Source: Felis catus (lineage: Eukaryota). From it: a stretch of 64,000 bases of DNA. Under the pieces are notes generated by a model that was not told the origin of the DNA, searched no databases, and saw only the letters and a list, made by a program, of their open reading frames with translations. The position numbers and the translations under genes were made by a program. The stretch covers positions 137,518,001-137,582,000 of the forward strand of contig NC_058368.1 in assembly GCF_018350175.1 (NCBI RefSeq), given 5' to 3'. Positions within the stretch are counted from its first letter, which is position 1. Every line of letters begins with the position of its first letter. Positions 50,179 to 61,200 of this stretch are shown piece after piece.

Positions 50179-50875
50179 GTAAATTTGAGTTTTCTGAATT
50201 CCTGCTAAATTTTGCTGCAAGCTCCAACTTGTAGAACCCATTTTCAAAGTTGTAAGCTTGAAAAGTATTCGTGCATTTTACCATAAAAACTGTGGTGTAA
50301 AAGATGCTGTTCATCTTACTAGTCAAATCACAATAGCCTCAATCCAAAAGTAAGTTTGCGTTCACCACCCAGGCTTGAATGACTCAGTACAACTTTACCT
50401 TTAGGTAAATCACTTAACCTCCATCAACTTTATTTTTCTAAAAAATAATACTTATTATTTTAGAGGGGTAAATATAGCATCTATCATCTCTGTAAGAACA
50501 CCTGTCTTAATAGTTTAGGAATTCTCATCTCTTAACTACCTCTCTTGTTCCCTGAATTAGTATAGACTAACACTCTAGATTCTTCAGTTTAATAAAAGTT
50601 TGTTGTCCTTCAGTAATGAAGGTACTGAACCACATATATTTTCAGCGTTCCTTTTTCTGACTAGAAGAATTATGTAATTTAGTAAACTTCCATTAAGATA
50701 TAGCATTATATTTACTTACATCGTAAACACATTATCACCTGGTGATGCTACTGAAAGTAAATTTAGCCCTATAGTTGTTTTGGTGAAATACTTAAAATGT
50801 ATTCATTTATTGACAGCCCATCCATTTTTAAGCCCCTATACTAGACACTTAATCAGAAGATATTTGTTCTTATAG

Positions 50876-50940
50876 GAATGCAGAACAAATGAAAGCCTTT
50901 TGGAAACTGTCTGGTATTTCAGAAAAATCAGAAAATGGAG
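50876..50940 (+). CDS. FCHO2: FCHO2 exon, 65 nt (W)[21 protein letters not shown](G)
   Basis: tatag|GAATG acceptor; GGAG|gtaagt donor; phase 2/1. Confidence 0.93.
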
Positions 50941-51626
50941 GTAAGTGTGTGTGTATGCCTTTTTGTTTGTAATTCAGTGTCCATGAAAATTGATTTTTGA
51001 GGCATTTTTATGGACAGTTTTTTCCTAGATTTTCATGCCTTCAGTTCTAGCATTGACCACTAGATGGAAGTTAATACCTTAAATAAGAGTGGACCAGTTG
51101 ACATTCAGAACCCATTTTTCCCCTCTAGATTGAATATGCTTTCTCTGTAAGAAAAATGATTTGTTTTGCTCTAACTTTATAAATACTATGTAAATGCATA
51201 CATTCACATGAGAATATTATTAGGTATTTTCAAGTGACCTGATAACTGAAACTGATTTAATATACCATTTAGCTCATTCTGTTCCTGGGGTCCTCCTGTC
51301 CTCCCAGAAATCATGTAGAAGCTTGCAGGCTTTCAAAAGCCCCTTTGTTTGCCTACTTCACTTTCCACGAGAACTTTTCCTGGTCATTTCTCGTTAGTAA
51401 AACTAACCATCAACAGCCTTTACTTCTCTGCTAATTATTTTAAGAAGAAACAAGTTAATTGCTTACTCCCACCAAGTCTGTATCTGTTTGTGCTCACAAG
51501 GCAAAGGAAAAATCTGTGTTGGCTGGTCTCTGTCTTGTCTTCCCTAACTCAGTTTAGAATGTAATTTCCAGGACAATCAAGTCTGTAACATTAATTATTC
51601 CTATTTTCTCTTAAGAGAATTCTCCT

Positions 51627-51850
51627 GGGGCACCTGGGGTGCTCAGTCGGTTGAGCGTCTGACTTCAGCTCAGGTTATGATCTCTCAGTCTGAGTTTGAG
51701 CCCCGCATCAGACTCTGTGCTGACAGCTCAGAGCCTGGAGCCTGCTTCGGATTCTGTGTCTCCCTCGCTCTCTGCCCCTCCCCCGCTCATGCTTTTTCTC
51801 TCTCTCTCTGTCAAAAATAAATAAACATTAAAAAAAAATAAAAAAAAAAA
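51627..51850 (+). mobile_element. Felid CanSINE
   Basis: TSD TAAGAGAATTCTC on both sides. Confidence 0.95.
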
Positions 51851-52849
51851 TAAGAGAATTCTCTTGCTCTTTTTTGGATGCCTACTTAACCTCCAATAAC
51901 TTTTCCTATTACTAAGTAGGACTTTTTTTTTTTTTTTTTTAGCTTTTCAAATTTTGCTTAGCTTTTTCTCTTTGAACACTTTAAGCATAATGTGATCAAA
52001 GCATAAATCATATCCCTGGTTTTTCTCCTATGTATTTCTGTATCAAGTAGCAGGAATATATCTATAGTGGCTATTTATACATGTCATGCTGAATCACTCT
52101 TTTACTAGAGAACCACCTATTTGGTGAAATAACCAAGCTGATCTACAGTTCCTTTGTTGCCTATTTTCATGTGCCAAAGGTGCTGACTTCTGCTTGAGCT
52201 GTATCGCTTCTGGGGGGACAAAACTGAAATTCCTAGTTAAATCTGGAAGTAAACCAGAAATCCTGTTTGAATTGAGGGCTTACGTAACCAGCTAGCAGGA
52301 AAATGAGAATACATATTTCCCCCTACTTAATGAAACTATACTATTGTAAGTACTAACAAGAGAAATTGTTTCCTCAAAAACAGGGTACAAATTTTCTAAT
52401 CAGATAGATGAATACTTTTCCTCTGCTGTTCAGGAATCAGGATATCTATGTGAGGAAATGGAAAAATACTATAAATGTTCTGATTTGGTTAACCTTTAAA
52501 AAGAAATATGCAAATTAGGATACTGTACAATAGAAATTGTTTCTGCTCTGGCTTTATGCCCAGAAGAGGGACAGGAAATAATTTTCAAGTTTAAGATTTG
52601 CCAAGGTGGCTGCTCTTGGCCTGTAGAACTTTCACAGAATTGAATTGCCTATCAAGAGAATTGTGCAAGTCTAAGGAGGACTTGGGCTTGGACGGTGCTT
52701 AAGAATTAGGCAGCATTTCATCCTCCCAGCCAATCTGTACAGGCCATGAGGCACAGTAGTGCAGGATGGATCAGGGTTATGCTGTGCTGTTCTACTTCTG
52801 TGTATCCTAGAATATTGCTCCTGCTACCTAGTGGTTGTCGGTTTTCCTT

Positions 52850-53420
52850 GACTGGAAACCTGGGCACACTCTGAGACGACTCCTCCTTTCCCCCTCTCGA
52901 TTCCAACTCTGAAATATTTTTCAAATGCATTTTCTTCTTTCCTTTCCCTTAGCCTGATTGAGATCCACTTCAACTGTCACCTAGAATCCTACACTATTTT
53001 ATTGACTTTCAGTTGGTTTCCCTACCTGGCACCTTGTACCTCTGTCCCCTTTTAAGACCCTAATCTGAACTGTTTTTGTCTTCTTTATCTTTAGTGACTT
53101 CCTAGGATTATTTTTTGTCGTGGCATGTAAAGATATTTGGAGCTTGTTCCTTCCTACCATTCTAGTCTTCTGCCCCTCTTGTATCCTATCCTCTAGGTCT
53201 TCTGATATGCATGCAGTTCCCTTCAAGGCACTGTATTCTCTCCCCTCTCTACCTGTAGTTACCCCTGCCTGCAATTCACACTGTCCTCTCCACCATCATT
53301 TTATGTGCTTTTGTGCCCATAGCAATTCAGAGCACTTCTGTAGCATTTATCATATTCATGACAATTTTTTGCTTTACAGTTTCTGGCATACTGTTAGACT
53401 GAGGTATGTAGAATAAATGG
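52850..53420 (+). mobile_element. L2 relic
   Basis: Pyrimidine-rich L2-like motifs ending in gtagaataaatgg. Confidence 0.45.
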
Positions 53421-53450
53421 TTAGACTGAAAAGAAGACATCTCAAATATC

Positions 53451-53795
53451 TAGTTGACCCTTGAACAATGCAGGGGTTAGAAGTGCCAAGCCCCCGCACA
53501 TCACTCACCCTGGTGGACCTGTGTAGTCAAAAATCTATGTATAACTTTGCCCCCCCCCCCCAAACTTAATTACTAACAGCCTACTGTTACCCAGAAGCTC
53601 TACCGGTAACATAAACAGTCAATGAACAGGTATTTTGTAGGTTTTATGTGTTATATACTGTACTGTTAAAATAAGCTAGATAAAAGGAAATAAAATCAGA
53701 AAAAAAATACACTTAAGAGCACTGCACCGAATGAAAAAAGTCTCTGTTTAAGTGAACCCACAGAGTTCAAACCCATGTTGCTCAAAGGTCAGCTG
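53451..53795. mobile_element. Tigger2-family non-autonomous element (MER8/Tigger2a-like)
   Basis: TIRs agttgacccttgaacaa... / ...tgttgctcaaaggtcagctg|TA. Confidence 0.85.
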
Positions 53796-54111
53796 TATTT
53801 GGCATGATAGGCAAGTTAAATTTTAAGAAGGGGAATAGAAAATAATAATATTGATACAGATTTCCTAATCTTAGCTGTCTTTCCTTCTTTACTTCTCCTA
53901 TCCCTGTAATATGGTAGTTGACTGTCATCATTGTTTTTGGACTTTATTCCTACTCGCACTACTCCTCTAAGCGCTTTCCTCTGAACTGCCCACCTTGACT
54001 TTTTTTTTTTTTACTTCAACATGTGTCTGTATCATGTTGAATCTCAATACAGATCTACAGGGGTGTTTTAAGTCAAAGAAAAGCAAGGATTAAAAGTACT
54101 TTTAATTCACT

Positions 54112-54319
54112 GGTGCCTAGGTGGCTCAGTTAAGCATCCCACTTTGGCTCAGGTCATGATCTTACAGTTGGTGAGATTGAGTCCTACATTGGGCTCCGTG
54201 CTGACAACTCAGAACCTGGAGCCTGCTTTGGATTCCGTCTCCCTCTCTCCCTGCCCCTCCCCACTCATCCTCTGTCTCTCTCAAAAATAAATAAACATAA
54301 AAAAAATCAATTAAAAAAA
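54112..54319 (+). mobile_element. CanSINE
   Basis: ggtgcctaggtggctcag head, CT tract, A tail. Confidence 0.9.
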
Positions 54320-54485
54320 GACAACTTAATTCAGATTCTTTGAATCAAGTCTGATTTGGACACAGGACATTGATGTGTTTACTATATACATTTTATGCAT
54401 TTGGCATAGAACATAGTTTATCTTATTTGTTTTTTCTGTTAATTTTATGTTGCCCTGGGTAAGTTCTTTATTCTTTTCCTTGTAG

Positions 54486-54650
54486 GTTCTGGGTCCCTCA
54501 GAGCAAAATTTGATCTTTCAGAAGGACCTAGTAAACCCACAACACTTGCAGTGCAGTTCCTCAGCGAGGGAAGTACCCTCTCGGGAGTAGATATTGAACT
54601 TGTAGGCACTGGCTATAGGCTTTCCTTAGTAAAGAAGCGGTTTGCCACTG
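54486..54650 (+). CDS. FCHO2: FCHO2 exon, 165 nt (G)[54 protein letters not shown](G)
   Basis: ttgtag|GTTCT acceptor; ACTG|gtaagt donor; phase 1/1. Confidence 0.95.
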
Positions 54651-54971
54651 GTAAGTTGAGAGATTTTGTTTTTAGTGTACATGGGAACATTCTAACAGTG
54701 TGCTACTAAGCAACTATTTTATAAACTGTCAAGCAGTTTATCATCTAGTCATGGAAAATTTCTTCTTCGACCTTTGGTACAAAGTGCCAGGTAGAGACAC
54801 ACCTGGGAGAGAATAACTGTGGTCAGTATACATGGACACCTGTGATCGGATTCTCATGTATCATAAACAGCAGATGGGAACTAGGGTTCTGTGTCTGTAA
54901 CCACAGTGAAAATGTCGTCCTTTGAGTTCATTTGAAATTGTAATTGCATGGGTCTGCTTGGTGTTTTTCAG

Positions 54972-54994
54972 GACGATACCTGGCAGATTGCTGA
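54972..54994 (+). CDS. FCHO2: FCHO2 last coding exon (G)RYLADC*, stop TGA at 54992-54994
   Basis: tttttcag|GACGATACCTGGCAGATTGCTGA. Confidence 0.93.
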
Positions 54995-55555
54995 TGGACC
55001 TGGGAAACGGGTTGGCTCGAGACAGAAGCACAAGTCTGACATCCTGCATTGTCTGTTCTTTCCAACACGATTCTAGCTTCTATTAGGTCCTTTGAACGTA
55101 CACACATTTGAGAACTGATTACAAACATTAAATTGCACTTTTGAAGTGAGTCATCAAAAGCAATAGCACTGAAATGATTTTCATCGCTGTTAATGATCAA
55201 CTGCAATATTCCAGAAGCACATTTGTAGAGATTCTCAGTAAAATGAAGTTTTCCTAGGCTGAAATTTCATATTGTCTTCAGTGTCTATGTTGAGTTATAT
55301 AGTGTATTATCAGACCTAAAATTTCAGGAGAGCAAGCACCAAATAATTCAGCTTTCCATAAATTTTTAGAGTCAGAGATAGGTTTGAAATTTCCTAAGCT
55401 TGATATTGAATGGAGACAGACAGAACGTGAATTCTAAGTTTTGGATAACGTTAATTCTGAACACTCAATCAAATTGAGTTATGTGCCATAAAGTAATCAG
55501 ACCAGAGTCCAAGGTGTACGCAAAAAATGTATAATTTGAATCTCATAGAAACATT

Positions 55556-55561
55556 AATAAA
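55556..55561 (+). terminator. Candidate proximal polyadenylation signal AATAAA
   Basis: TGTA motifs upstream; U-rich tract downstream. Confidence 0.4.
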
Positions 55562-57372
55562 GTGTAAATGCTGTTTTATATGATTTTTTTAATTCTCAAG
55601 TGCAATGTGTTTTAAAATAAGCTTGCAAAAGACAGCAGAGAAATTTACTTCTGCAGTTAGTTAACTTTATAGAATTTGTGATTGTTTTTAAGAATTAATG
55701 CTGTAGATTTAATTTATTTTTATATGGATTGCATAATGTGTGCCTTTTAAAACAATAACAAAAGCCAGAAATGTGCCTATCCAGGTTTGTGTTCGTTAAT
55801 GTGCCTCACTTTTTTTCCCTTCACAGTCTGGCTCTTCTATTCAGTGTTAGAGTGGTCAAGCATTTTTACAAGATAATTGCCATTTTGTAAATATCTTGAC
55901 CTCAATTGGGAAGGGAATTCAGAGTAACTAAAGGTTAATTTGTACCTAAAAATCCTGGCTCACTTCTTTAGTGATACACTGTAGCCGATAGAAAGAGAAA
56001 TACACCTAATCGCCTATGTTTACAGGGGAAGAAAAGTTACCTTCAGATATTCCACCTAAGTATGTAAATCATAAAACCAATATGAAAAACTAAAGGTAAC
56101 TTGGTAACTGCTATTTTAATCCTCAATTTGACACTTCCCTTCATTCTGTTTATCATTGGAAATTTATACATTTAATGAATGTGTTGGCATGAGTTTTGTA
56201 TTTCGCGAGGAACACATTTTAGAGAAGATTAGTTTTGGCATTGGAGAAGTACTGCCGTTTGTTTTCATTTCAACAATTGGGACAGTTACCAATTTGTATG
56301 TTATTGGTTAATTGCCAACTGCTAGAAATTGGGAGAGGATTTGAAGTGATGGATTGGGTTAAGCATTTCTTGAACTACTAATATGAAATAGTAACAAAAC
56401 CTAACTTTATAGCGAATCCTAATTGAAGGACTTAAAATGTTTTGGACAGTTTCATAATTTACAAGTGGGAATTTTATTTATAAATACCAATGTCCTGCCT
56501 TTTACGTAGAAGTGATAAATTGTTATATATGATAATTTATATAAAACCACTAATTATTCTGTTAAGCTTTACAGAACATTAAAACCCCTACTACTAGACA
56601 TTTATGTAACATCTTGTTCTACTAAATACAGCAGAAAATCTACTTATTAGCAATACATAGAACACAGTATGTGCTTTTTAAGTATATTCAGTATTAGCCC
56701 AATTCGACATTTAGATTTGACTAAAGCAGCATATTAAGACAATTTGCTGAAATGTTCATCTTCACTAAATAGCAAAATGGGAATTTCTAACTCTTATGTT
56801 GTGCTCTTTTAAATGCCAATTACAATCCCTTACTGGAATCTTAAATGTAACTGCTTTGCAATCACACTGCTTTCTGTGGGCAGTTAATACTTTATTACTG
56901 GACTTCAGACACAGTTACACTCACCAGGTTTGTTTCGAATCAAGTATTACCTAAAACATGTACAGATTAGTAAAATGGTTAAACTTCTGCACTTTCTGAT
57001 TACCACAGTCTTCATGCCAAGTGTCGATACCTACATTTGTATTAGGCGCAGGCTACAATTTTGAAGCCATATGAGTTTATATTGATTTTTTTTTCATTTA
57101 AAAATCCACTAATGGTGTAAAAAAGACCAGTAGATTTTCAATGGGAAATGTATTTAGCAAGCTGGTTCTTGCTGCTGTATAGTGATAAACTTTGTAGCTG
57201 CCTCTTTAACCAAGAATTTGTAAACAAAGAACTCTAACAAATGTGAGTTTTTAAGAAATGTTATTTACTACTTTGAGTTGTAATTAGAACAATGCAAATC
57301 TATCTTACACAATTTTGTAAATATTTTTGATTTTTTCATAAAATGTAAATTTTACATAAAAGTTGTGCCCTT

Positions 57373-57378
57373 AATAAA
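57373..57378 (+). terminator. Distal polyadenylation signal AATAAA
   Basis: Upstream TGTA motifs (57316, 57344); downstream ttggtttatgtgtctttgt from ~57401. Confidence 0.75.
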
Positions 57379-57689
57379 CATGTAATATATAATTTATCAG
57401 TTGGTTTATGTGTCTTTGTACCCCTAATGATGGTAATAGCTATGGTTAGGACAATGCAGGGCAGGTGAGGAGTAACTGGTTTTGAACATGGTATCACCAT
57501 TTTGACAGGCATACAGATTGTTCTGTTAATTTAGTTCAACTGGTTGTATAGGAAAACTTCATTTGCATTATAACCCCAAGATGCAGAAATTTTTTGAAAG
57601 TGATTTTTAAACATATTTAAATACATTTTCTCACGTATAGTTTCTAAATATATTTAAATTGATGTCAAGCTCTACCAAAGACTTTCCTC

Positions 57690-58027
57690 CAGATAGCTGC
57701 TTAGCAACCCTACTCTTCATCTGTTGCTGGTATTGGTCAGAACAAGTGGGTTTTTTGGCCTTTTCCTTAAGCTACAGTATGGCTGTTGCAGGTCCAGAAT
57801 GTATGTTCACATCCAAAGCTGGGGAAGGGGCAGTTCCTGGTTTATCTGTCCTTTCTGTCAGGAGAGTAAAAGCTTTTCCAGAAGCTTTCACCACATTTGT
57901 GCTTCTATCCTGTCTTCCAGAATTGTGTGTGAGAAGCAAACAAAGCAAGTAGCCTTTATAATAGAAGTGGCCAAAGGAGAAGAGGCTGGCAATGGCTGAA
58001 GGTGAGCTGGCCAGTAAGTCAGCCACA
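57690..58027. mobile_element. Possible MaLR (MLT1-like) LTR relic
   Basis: atggctgttgcaggtccag...aaagcttttccagaagc...ccagaattgtg...agtcagccaca; weak recalled similarity. Confidence 0.35.
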
Positions 58028-58193
58028 GATTTTTCTGACTGATACAGACAGACCCCAGCCCCCCCCCCCGCCCACCCCTTTTTAAAAATAAATTCAGCAG
58101 TGAGCAGGGAAAACTTGAAAATCTTTTGTTTTTATCTTTAGTAAGAGTGTATCAGTATAACCTTTGTATTGAGTACTTTGAAACCAAAGCCTT

Positions 58194-58226
58194 TAACACT
58201 GTATGTTCACTAAACTGGAATTAAAA
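58194..58226 (+). mobile_element. Ultra-short (~33 nt) L1 3'-terminus insertion
   Basis: taacactgtatgttcactaaactggaattaaaa flanked by 14-bp repeats GAAACCAAAGCCTT (58180-58193, 58227-58240). Confidence 0.6.
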
Positions 58227-58262
58227 GAAACCAAAGCCTTAAAAAAAAAAAAAAAAAAAAAT

Positions 58263-61200
58263 GGAGAGGACCCAAGATGACGGAACAGCATGGAAGTTTT
58301 TTGTGCGTCTTGCACCCATGAAATACAGCCAGCCCAACACTAAACCATCCTGCACACCTAGAAAACTGATCTGAGGATTAACACAACAGTCTGCACAACG
58401 TGAACCACAGAATTCAGCAGGTACACGGCGGAGAGGTGAACTTGGGGAGAGAGAAGCAGCGGAGGACAGGGAGCCGCTTTTGCGTCAGGAGAGAGGATGG
58501 AGATGGGGGGGAGATTATAGGAAAAGCACCCCTCCCCAAAAGCAGCTGGAGAGACAGTGGAAAATTGGAAACAGCCGCAGGGACTAAACTAAAAAGGGAG
58601 AAAGGAGAGGGCTTAAGTTCCATTACGACCGTAAATGGGGAGCGTAGAGTCGGAAACTCCGCAGCTTGATACCTGGCGGTGCCCTGGTGAGAAGGGCAAA
58701 TCTCCAGGAGCAGAGCGGGGTCCAGAAGGTTCTTGGGCCACACGGGGAGAAGCAGTTCCATTGCTGGAAGGACATTTGATAGAGGCTGTGATGCCACCTG
58801 TGCCCAGCACACCCCAGAGAACGGCCACATTCGCTGGTGCTGGACCGAGGCCATTGGGGGTGAAGCTTAGTGCCAGATGTGTTGTGATTTTCCATAATCC
58901 CTGAAACGCTGCTTGCGAACTTTTTCTGGGGCAGGCTGGTACCTGCCTGGAGTCTCCAGGCATCGGCAGCAGCACAGTTCCACAAACGTTCCTGGGTGCA
59001 GCCGGCTTTCAGCCGTTGCTCCGTGAGACCCTCAGCAGAGGGGCAGAACGGGTCAAAGCCCCAGTCCCTCAGAAGTGGGGGGGGGGGGGGGCGGGCAGGG
59101 AAAACAGTCACATCTGAGACAAAACTCGGGAGAGAGGTACTGCCTGGGGCTTGGTCACGGACAGTGTGGAAGCAGGCAGTGGACGGAAGCTGAAGACGAA
59201 GAATGGGTGCGTGATTGCTGATCAGGGAGAACAGAGTTCCGATACTAGAGACTGGGTAGCTGGGTGACTCCATTTTCACCCCTCCCGCGCATGCGCTCAT
59301 GCACCTACTAACGCAACAATCCCCCTAGTAGGCTTAGCAGTGCCATCTAGTGGAGAACGGAACCATTACACTAAACCCTATCCAACGGGGCCAACCTCAC
59401 TCTTCAAGAACACAAGTCTCACCGCCTTAGTTTATGGACTATAAAGCACTTCATAGTTTGACTTCCAGGGGGAAACGAAGTAATTTCAGTAGTATTTCAG
59501 TCTGTTAACCAGCCCAACTATTCAATTTTCTTTTTTTTCCTCCTCTCTTTTTCTTACAGAAAGAGAAAAAATTCATTTTTATTTTCAATTTTTATTAAAA
59601 TATTTTTTCTACTATACTTTTTACTTTTGGGTAAATCTTTTAAAATTCTATTTTACTTCCATCATTTCATTTTAGTCTACTTCAGTGTATTCATTTTTTC
59701 AAATTTTCAAATGATTTTCTTTTTTTTTTTCTTTTTCTCCCCTTTTTTCTCTAATCTATCAAGCCACTTTCAACATCCATTCCAAAACACACCTAGGATC
59801 TAGCATCATTTATTTTGTGTGTGTGTAATTTTTTAATTTTAATATTTTTAATTTTTGGGGCGCCTGGGTGGCACAGTCGGTTAAGCCTCCGACTTCAGCC
59901 AGGTCACGATCTTGCGGTCTGTGAGTTCGAGCCCCGCGTCGGGCTCTGGGCTGATGGCTCGGAGCGTGGAGCCTGTTTCCGATTCTGTGTCTCCCTCTTT
60001 CTCTGCCCCTCCCCCGTTCATGCTCTGTCTCTCTCTGTCCCACAAATAAATAAACGTTGAAAAAAAAATTAAAAAAAAAAAAAGGAAAAAAATATTTTTA
60101 ATTTTTATTTATTTTAATTTTTCTACCTCATTAATTCCTTCTCTCCCTTCAAAATGATAAAACGAAGGAATTCACCCCAAAAGAAAGAGCAGGAAGAAAC
60201 GACAGCCAGGCACTTAACCAACACAGATACAAGCGAGATACCTGAACCAGAATTTAGAATCACGATAATAAGAATACTAGCTGGAGTTGAAAATAGATTA
60301 GAATCCCTTTCTGTGGAGATAAAAGAAGCAAAAGCTAGCCTGGGTGAAATAAAAAATGCTATAACTGAGCTGCAATCATGGATGGATGCTGCGGTGGCAA
60401 GGATGGATGAGGGAGAACAGATAATCAGCGATATAGAGGACCAACAGAGAATAATGAAGCAGAAAAAAAGAGGGAGATTAAGGCGAAAGAGTACGATTTA
60501 AGACTGAGAGAAATCAGTGACTCATTAAAAAGGAACGTCAGAATCATAAGGGTCACAGAAGAGGAAGAGAGAGAAATAGGGGTAGAAGGGTTATGTGAGC
60601 AAATCATAGCGGAAAACTTTCTTAACCTGGGGAAAGACACAGACATCAAAATCCAGGAAGCAGAGAGGACTCCCATTAGATTCAACAAAAACCTACCATC
60701 AACAAGGCATATCATAGTCAAATTCCCAAAACACTCAGGCAAGGAGAGAATCATGAAAGCAGCAAGGGAAAAAAAGTCCTTAACCTACAAGGGAAAACAG
60801 ATCAGGTTTGCAGCAGACCTATCCACAGAAGCGTGGCAGGCCAGAAAGGAGTGGCAGGGTATATTCAATGTGCTGAATCAGAAAAATATACAGCCAAGAA
60901 TTCTTTATCCAGCAAGGCTGTCATTCAAAATAGAAGGAGAGATAAAAAGTTTTCCCCAAATTAAAGGAGCTTGTGACCACTAAACCAACCGTGCAAGAAA
61001 TTTTAAGGGGGACTGAGGGGAGAAAAGATGAAAATATAAATAAATAAACAAATACCAAAAGTAACAAAAATTATAAAAGACCAGAGAACACTACCAGAAA
61101 CTCCAACTCTACAAGCAGCAGAATGGCAATAAATTCATATCTGTCAGTACTCACTCTAAATGTCAATGGACTCAGTGCTCCAATCAAAAGACATAGGGTA

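Larger units (their letters stand above)
1246..57400 (+). other. FCHO2: FCHO2 gene, 3' portion (5' exons lie upstream of the window); 18 coding exons plus 3'UTR
   Basis: Exons join in continuous phase to give GLIEFEEC...[11 protein letters not shown]...DLLAWDPLFGP...KCIVKITGD...KKRFATGRYLADC*, which matches the FCHO2 protein as I recall it. Confidence 0.97.
54995..57400 (+). other. FCHO2: FCHO2 3'UTR (~2.4 kb, AU-rich, no recognisable transposon)
   Basis: Runs from the stop codon to AATAAA at 57373, which is followed by a GU/U-rich element. Confidence 0.75.

Noticed and set aside
54992..55000. Stop-codon readthrough at the FCHO2 TGA
   Set aside because: Context is TGA-TGG, not the TGA-CTAG readthrough motif
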